Assembly: GCA_951406725.2 (NCBI GenBank)
Contig: OX597837.1
Span: 43,400,001 to 43,464,000, forward strand
Source of the DNA: Octopus vulgaris
Lineage: Eukaryota
Direction: 5' to 3'
Length of the DNA: 64,000 nucleotides
Positions 58,713-64,000 of the stretch are shown one piece after another; the first letter of the stretch is position 1, and each line of letters starts with the position of its first letter. The translations under genes and the position numbers were made by a program. The notes under the pieces were generated by a model. The model was not told where the DNA came from. It worked only from the letters and a program-made list of their open reading frames with translations, and made no database searches.

Positions 58713-60384
58713 AGACAGACAGAAAATTTGATGGCTGCTAGGCGGGCTTGAACCCACATCTCCTGTAAACATGAAACACGTTTTACCATTGTCTTAAAGT
58801 AAGCTTTCGCATATTTCTGTCCAATTTTGAAACTTGTAAGTTAATGACGTCATAAGAATTTAGTTACTGCTTATTTCTAAGAAAAAAAATGATCCAACTT
58901 ATCTAGGGAATTCTTTCAATCAAATGGTTAATCGATATTGACTGGCACTATGCAACATGAACAACAACAACAACAACAGTAGCAGCAACAGCAGCCGTCC
59001 AAGAATTTGGATCTGGAGATCTCCATTTCCAGCGACTTCAAGGGTCACCTCCCAGTGCTGTCGGCCGTCAACGAAGAGCCCTCGACTACAAGAAGACGAC
59101 CAAAGGTTTTTTTTTTGTTTTTCCAAGGTCTGGGGGTCTCCCAGTCCCTAAGCCTTAGACCATCACCTAATCACCCTTACCCGTCTTGTTACTTAGCAAC
59201 AACAACAACAACAACAGCAGCAACAACAGCAACCAGGAAATACCTCGGCGCGAACTCGTTATCAATGAATTTATCTATTTACTCTTCTGCTTGACTGGAA
59301 TTGAAACTATGAAACATGAATATGAATTTCAGATGATATTTATTATACATATGATAAAATATCAGAACTTTTAGTCTTACAGATTAATAAATACCTCTCC
59401 AGCTGTTTCTTGTCTTTATAAATATTGCTTACATTATTCATAAATCTGTTCTTCAGATATAAAAGAACGTAAAAGTTGTAGAGAAAGCCTTGCTTATCGC
59501 CATTTCTAAAAGCAGCTGAATATTACAGCACTTTGTCACATTTTGTTTTATACAAATTACCACAATAAAACCATTCTGTACACTGCAACTAAAATACAAT
59601 ATCTGTTTGAAAAAACGAGGCGTTATGTTTACAAGAGCGATGATAAAATAAAATAAAGTTTACATACGAACTATTTGATCTTGAACTCGGAATTCGTTCT
59701 AATCACAAAAGGACAATATGTAAAGGTGCTTAAACATAGCCTGTATGAATAACTATCAGATCGAAACTCATAATGAAATTCTGATTTTATCGTTTTTATT
59801 GCTATATTTTATATCTACCAGCCGGAAGTGTAGAAAGAAACGTTTTCAATCTTACGGAAGCATAATATCCGCTCTTTAGAGATAAAATGGCAAAACTGTG
59901 TTGGAAATAAGAAAAAGAAGCAAATATACTTTGGAAGTTGGTATTGAAGTTAACATATATTCCAACGGTAACTTTCTTTTGATTAGCATTAGTTTTGTTT
60001 CTAAGGTTAATTATTGACTTATACAGACTTAACCAGACATTTTTATGTTAAAACTTAATAAACAAAGATTTACACTTTTGATTTTAATTCTTTGGAAATC
60101 TATAAAAGAAGGTGATGATAAAAAGAACGTAGTTGAATAGCACTATATTATTTTAGTGTTAATGTTTGTTATATTCCAATTCCGCCACCTTTCATTATTA
60201 CAAATATATATCAAGACGCCTAAAGCTCCATAATTAATTTAGAAAGCATTTAAGAAATAGATTGAAGTTTATTATTAACTGTATTTTATAACGCCAGCAG
60301 TTTCAACCGAGAAACGTAACTCGTTATGAATTCATTGGTTGTTCGAATTGACGTTACATTGTCAAGAAAGAAAGAGAATACGAG

Positions 60385-60933
60385 GAAAAGTGCTTAGTGG
60401 CATTGCGTCTGTCTCCATGTTCTGAGTTCAAATGCCGCAAAGGTCGACCTTGCCTTTCAACCTTTCGGGGTCGATAATATAAGTACCAGTCGAGCAATGG
60501 AGTCGATCTAATCTGGGTTCGATGTAATTGACTTACCCCTTCCCCCAAATTGCTGGCTTTGTGCCAAAATTTGAAACCAATGTGTAAAGTAGTTAGGGCG
60601 GCGAGCTGGCAACTCGTTAGCAAGCCGTACAGAATACTTAGCGGAATTTCGTTCGTGTTCTTGTTCGGAGTTCAAATTCCCCCGAGATCGACTTTACCTT
60701 TCATTCTTTTGAGAGTCTATAGAATATGCACCAGTCGAGCAATGGAGTCGGTCTTATCGATTTATCCCCTTCTCCGAAAAGGAGAAGTGCATAACTGGCA
60801 CTTAATTTATCGACCCCTAAAGGATGCAAGGCAAAGTCGACCTCGGCGGGATTTGAACTCAGAACGTAACGGCAGATGAAATAACGCTGAGCATTTCGCC
60901 CGGCGTACTAACGTTTCTGCCAGTTCGCCGCCT
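60385..60933. mobile_element. Cluster of three family B-related SINE copies (+, +, -)
   Basis: Bodies at ~60385-60580 (+), 60595-60772 (+) and 60786-60933 (-) all carry the GTCGAC/CTTTCA..CTTTCGGGGTCGAT core. Confidence 0.75.
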
Positions 60934-61803
60934 GAGAACTACCATAAATATTGAAAACCTTTCTCTCGTATTCTCCTTCTTCCTTGACACTATTATTGTA
61001 GTTGCTGTTGTTGATGATGCTGTTGTTGTTGCTGCTGTTGTTGTTGTTGTTGTTGTTGTTGTTGTCGTTGTTGTTGCTGTTGTGTGGTTCCAGGTCAGTT
61101 TTGGTGGAGTAGATTTATGGCGCATTGGTATTCTGTCAAACGGCATGATCTGACCCACACAACCTTTTCCCCAAAATATCCTCTCTCTCTACCAAAATGA
61201 GAACCATACTACGCATACTAATACGTACTAAGCAACTGTATTGATTGCAGTCTGGATCCGTAGTGCGGTTCACTTGACAAAATTTATAATTTGCAACATA
61301 CGGTTGTATACTTAGAACGTATGTTTTACTACATGTGGTTTGGGGTTTATTTCAAGTCAGCAGCGCCTTGCTGAAAGGTCTTCGACAAGTTCTCGCTCGG
61401 GAAATATTCATGAAAATTGTTGACATGAAAAGTGAATATGAAGAGGCGCATAGAGAAACTTTCAACACATAGATCTATGCATGTAGTTCGTCAAATGTTA
61501 CTTCCGGTGTATTGGCAGAATGACATGTCATCTTTCAGTAAGTTAATTGACATTCCAGTGCTGCAACTTGTATGGTGTGGTTATTATATTTCGTACATTA
61601 GAGATGTGCGAGGCAGGTAAGGAAAGAATACAAATGTAAGACAAGTTCAAATATGCTTGAATTCATAACAGACTTTCAATGCAGTTTGTCAAGGAGAGAA
61701 AAATTCTGTCGCAGGCTTTTCAGTTGATCGAACAAATGAATCTTCGCCGTGCTGTCAAACGACGGAGATCCACCAATACCACCACCAATATAAATGGTTG
61801 TAT

Positions 61804-61855
<52 letters not shown>

Positions 61856-62724
61856 AAGAGCGTGTGTGTGTGAGCGTGTGTAGTTTTGTCGGCAAACATA
61901 CACATAAATATGGCGGCTTTGAAATCGATGAAACTCCATGGCGGGAACCTCGAAATTTAGTGTCGATATCAAATGAAGAGACGAGACTAATCTCTAGAGA
62001 AGTAATAAAATATGTCTTTGATATTTCGAAAAATAAACATTTCCAAAATAATGCTGATAAACGTCACTCAACCATTTTGCTTTTTATCATTATTATTATT
62101 GATTTTTTGTTTTTGTTTTCATTCGTTTTAATGCGTCTCTTTAAAACAGTCAAACATTTATGTCGAATTTTAACTGTCCTTCGATGTGTTTATTTAATTT
62201 AACACCATCTTCCACGAATATTTCGCACCAAACTGATTTATTCACCTACTTCTAAAAGTTGAGTAATTTTCTACATGAAATATCTTTGAAACTACAAGTT
62301 TGTATTGTTAAAACAATCTTAAAAATTGTAAATATATCAATTTGCTTATGTACTGGCAAAGAATGCTGTACCAAAGTATTTACTTCTGTAATAAGTCTTT
62401 TTCCTTTTTTTGTTTTGTCTGGGGTTGTTATTGTTGTTGAAGTTAGTTAAAAGTACAAGCAGCAGTCACTCGCGAGCGAGTATGGTTTGCCAACACGTGA
62501 TGTCACGCTGTCGCGTGACTGCGCACGCTAGTAGATTTTGTAAGCAGATGTAAACAAGCAGGGCAACATTCCCTGCTGATTGAAATAGGGGACTGGAGCA
62601 ACGTGGAATGAAGAGCTGTGATTTGTTGAAGGACACAACACACATGAGCCAAATCCCAAGACCACACGCCTTCACTACATATAGAGAAGTCACTAAGTGT
62701 TGAGGGCTCTTATAGTCACAAACA

Positions 62725-63174
62725 GAACTCAGAACGTAGCGGTAGGCGAAATACCTATTTCTTTACTACCCACAAGGGGCTAAACACAGAGAGGACAAAC
62801 AAAGACAGACAAACGGATTAAGTCGATTATATCGACCCCAGTGCGTAACTGGTACTTATTTTTATCGACCCCGAAAGGATGAAAGGCAAAGTCGACCTCG
62901 GCGGAATTTGAACTCAGAACGTAGCGGCAGACGAAATACCTATTTCTTTACTACCCACAAGGGGCTAAACACGGAGAGGACAAACAAAGACAGACAAACG
63001 GATTAAGTCGATTATATCGACCCCAGTGCGTAACTGGTACTTATTTTTATCGACCCCGAAAGGATGAAAGGCAAAGTCGACCTCGGCGGAATTTGAACTC
63101 AGAACTTAATGGCAGACGAAATACCGCTAAGCATTTCGCCCGGCGTGCTGACGTTTCTGCCAGCTCGTCACCTT
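62725..63174 (-). mobile_element. SINE family B, head + two bodies + start of a third
   Basis: GAAATAC|CTATTTCTTTACTACCCACAAGGGG junction occurs twice (~62755 and ~62940). Confidence 0.92.
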
Positions 63175-63702
63175 AACTGAGTTTCTGTCTGGCGACGTGT
63201 TCGTAAGTCTTCTCCAAGTGACAGAGATAAGGAATTTAGGCCTAGTGCAAGACTTGTAATTAGCATTACCAAGATTAGATGGCATAAAGCACTAAAAAAA
63301 AAAAAATCAATAGAAGCAGTATCTGTTGAGTCGTGAAATATTATTTATCAATATACTCTAATTAGAACATAGGCGCCTGAAAATATAATCAATTAACAAG
63401 AATAATTAGAAAAAGAAAGATATTATTGAGAATGTTTAAAGTGTAAATCTCGAAGTTAAAAATTAATGAGAAACTATGAATTATCTGCAATTTGAAAATA
63501 TTTTGCTTGGAATTTCACAAAACGAAAAATTTTTAAACGTCTGAGAACATAGGCAGACTAATAAACTATTACAAATAGCTAGTATATTGATTTATATAAT
63601 AAGACGCAATTTTATCTTTATTCAATAACACCAGGCTGGTGAACTCCGAAGGGGGAAACATTTCTGTAATGTGTTCACCATGGATTTCGTTTCATTGAAC
63701 TA

Positions 63703-64000
63703 GTATAGGAGCACTCCGTCGGTTGCGACGATGAGGGTCCCAGCTGATACGATCAACTGAACAGCTTGCTCGTGATATTAACGTGTAAGTGGCTGAGCAC
63801 TCCACAGACACGTGTACCCTTAACGTAGTTCTCGAGGAGATTCAGCGTGACACTGAGTGTGACAAGGCTGGCCCCTTTGAAATACAGGTACAAGAGAAAC
63901 AGGAAGAAAGAGCGAGAGAAAGTTGTGGCGAAAGAGTACAGCAGGGACCACCACCACCCCCTGCCGGAGCCTCGTGGAGCTTTAGGTGTTTTCGCTCAAT
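63703..64000 (-). mobile_element. SINE family A, cut by window end
   Basis: Reverse complement of the family A body and tail. Confidence 0.9.

Overview
Eukaryotic, very AT-rich, microsatellite-saturated genomic DNA; the repeat content suggests an octopod cephalopod (inference from memory, not verified). Nearly all ORFs in the supplied track are artefacts of (TA)n/(CA)n/(TAA)n/(TCA)n/(GA)n repeats, and no intact host gene can be called. The window holds many tRNA-derived SINE copies, several with clear target-site duplications (TSDs). One head/core group carries three alternative tails, a second family forms head-body-body tandem arrays, and a third has an internal microsatellite. It also holds decayed autonomous elements: a DD41D-type Tc1/mariner with long TIRs, R4/Dong, CR1 and RTE fragments, and two different Penelope-like RT fragments. 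There is a 64-bp minisatellite and two spacer-less long palindromes. The most notable signal is a set of about nine minimal type-I hammerhead-ribozyme motifs from at least six unrelated short Penelope-terminus-like families. Most lie next to (TA)n tracts, all recognisable copies are on the minus strand, and they include non-canonical core variants. A few weak host-exon candidates are noted.
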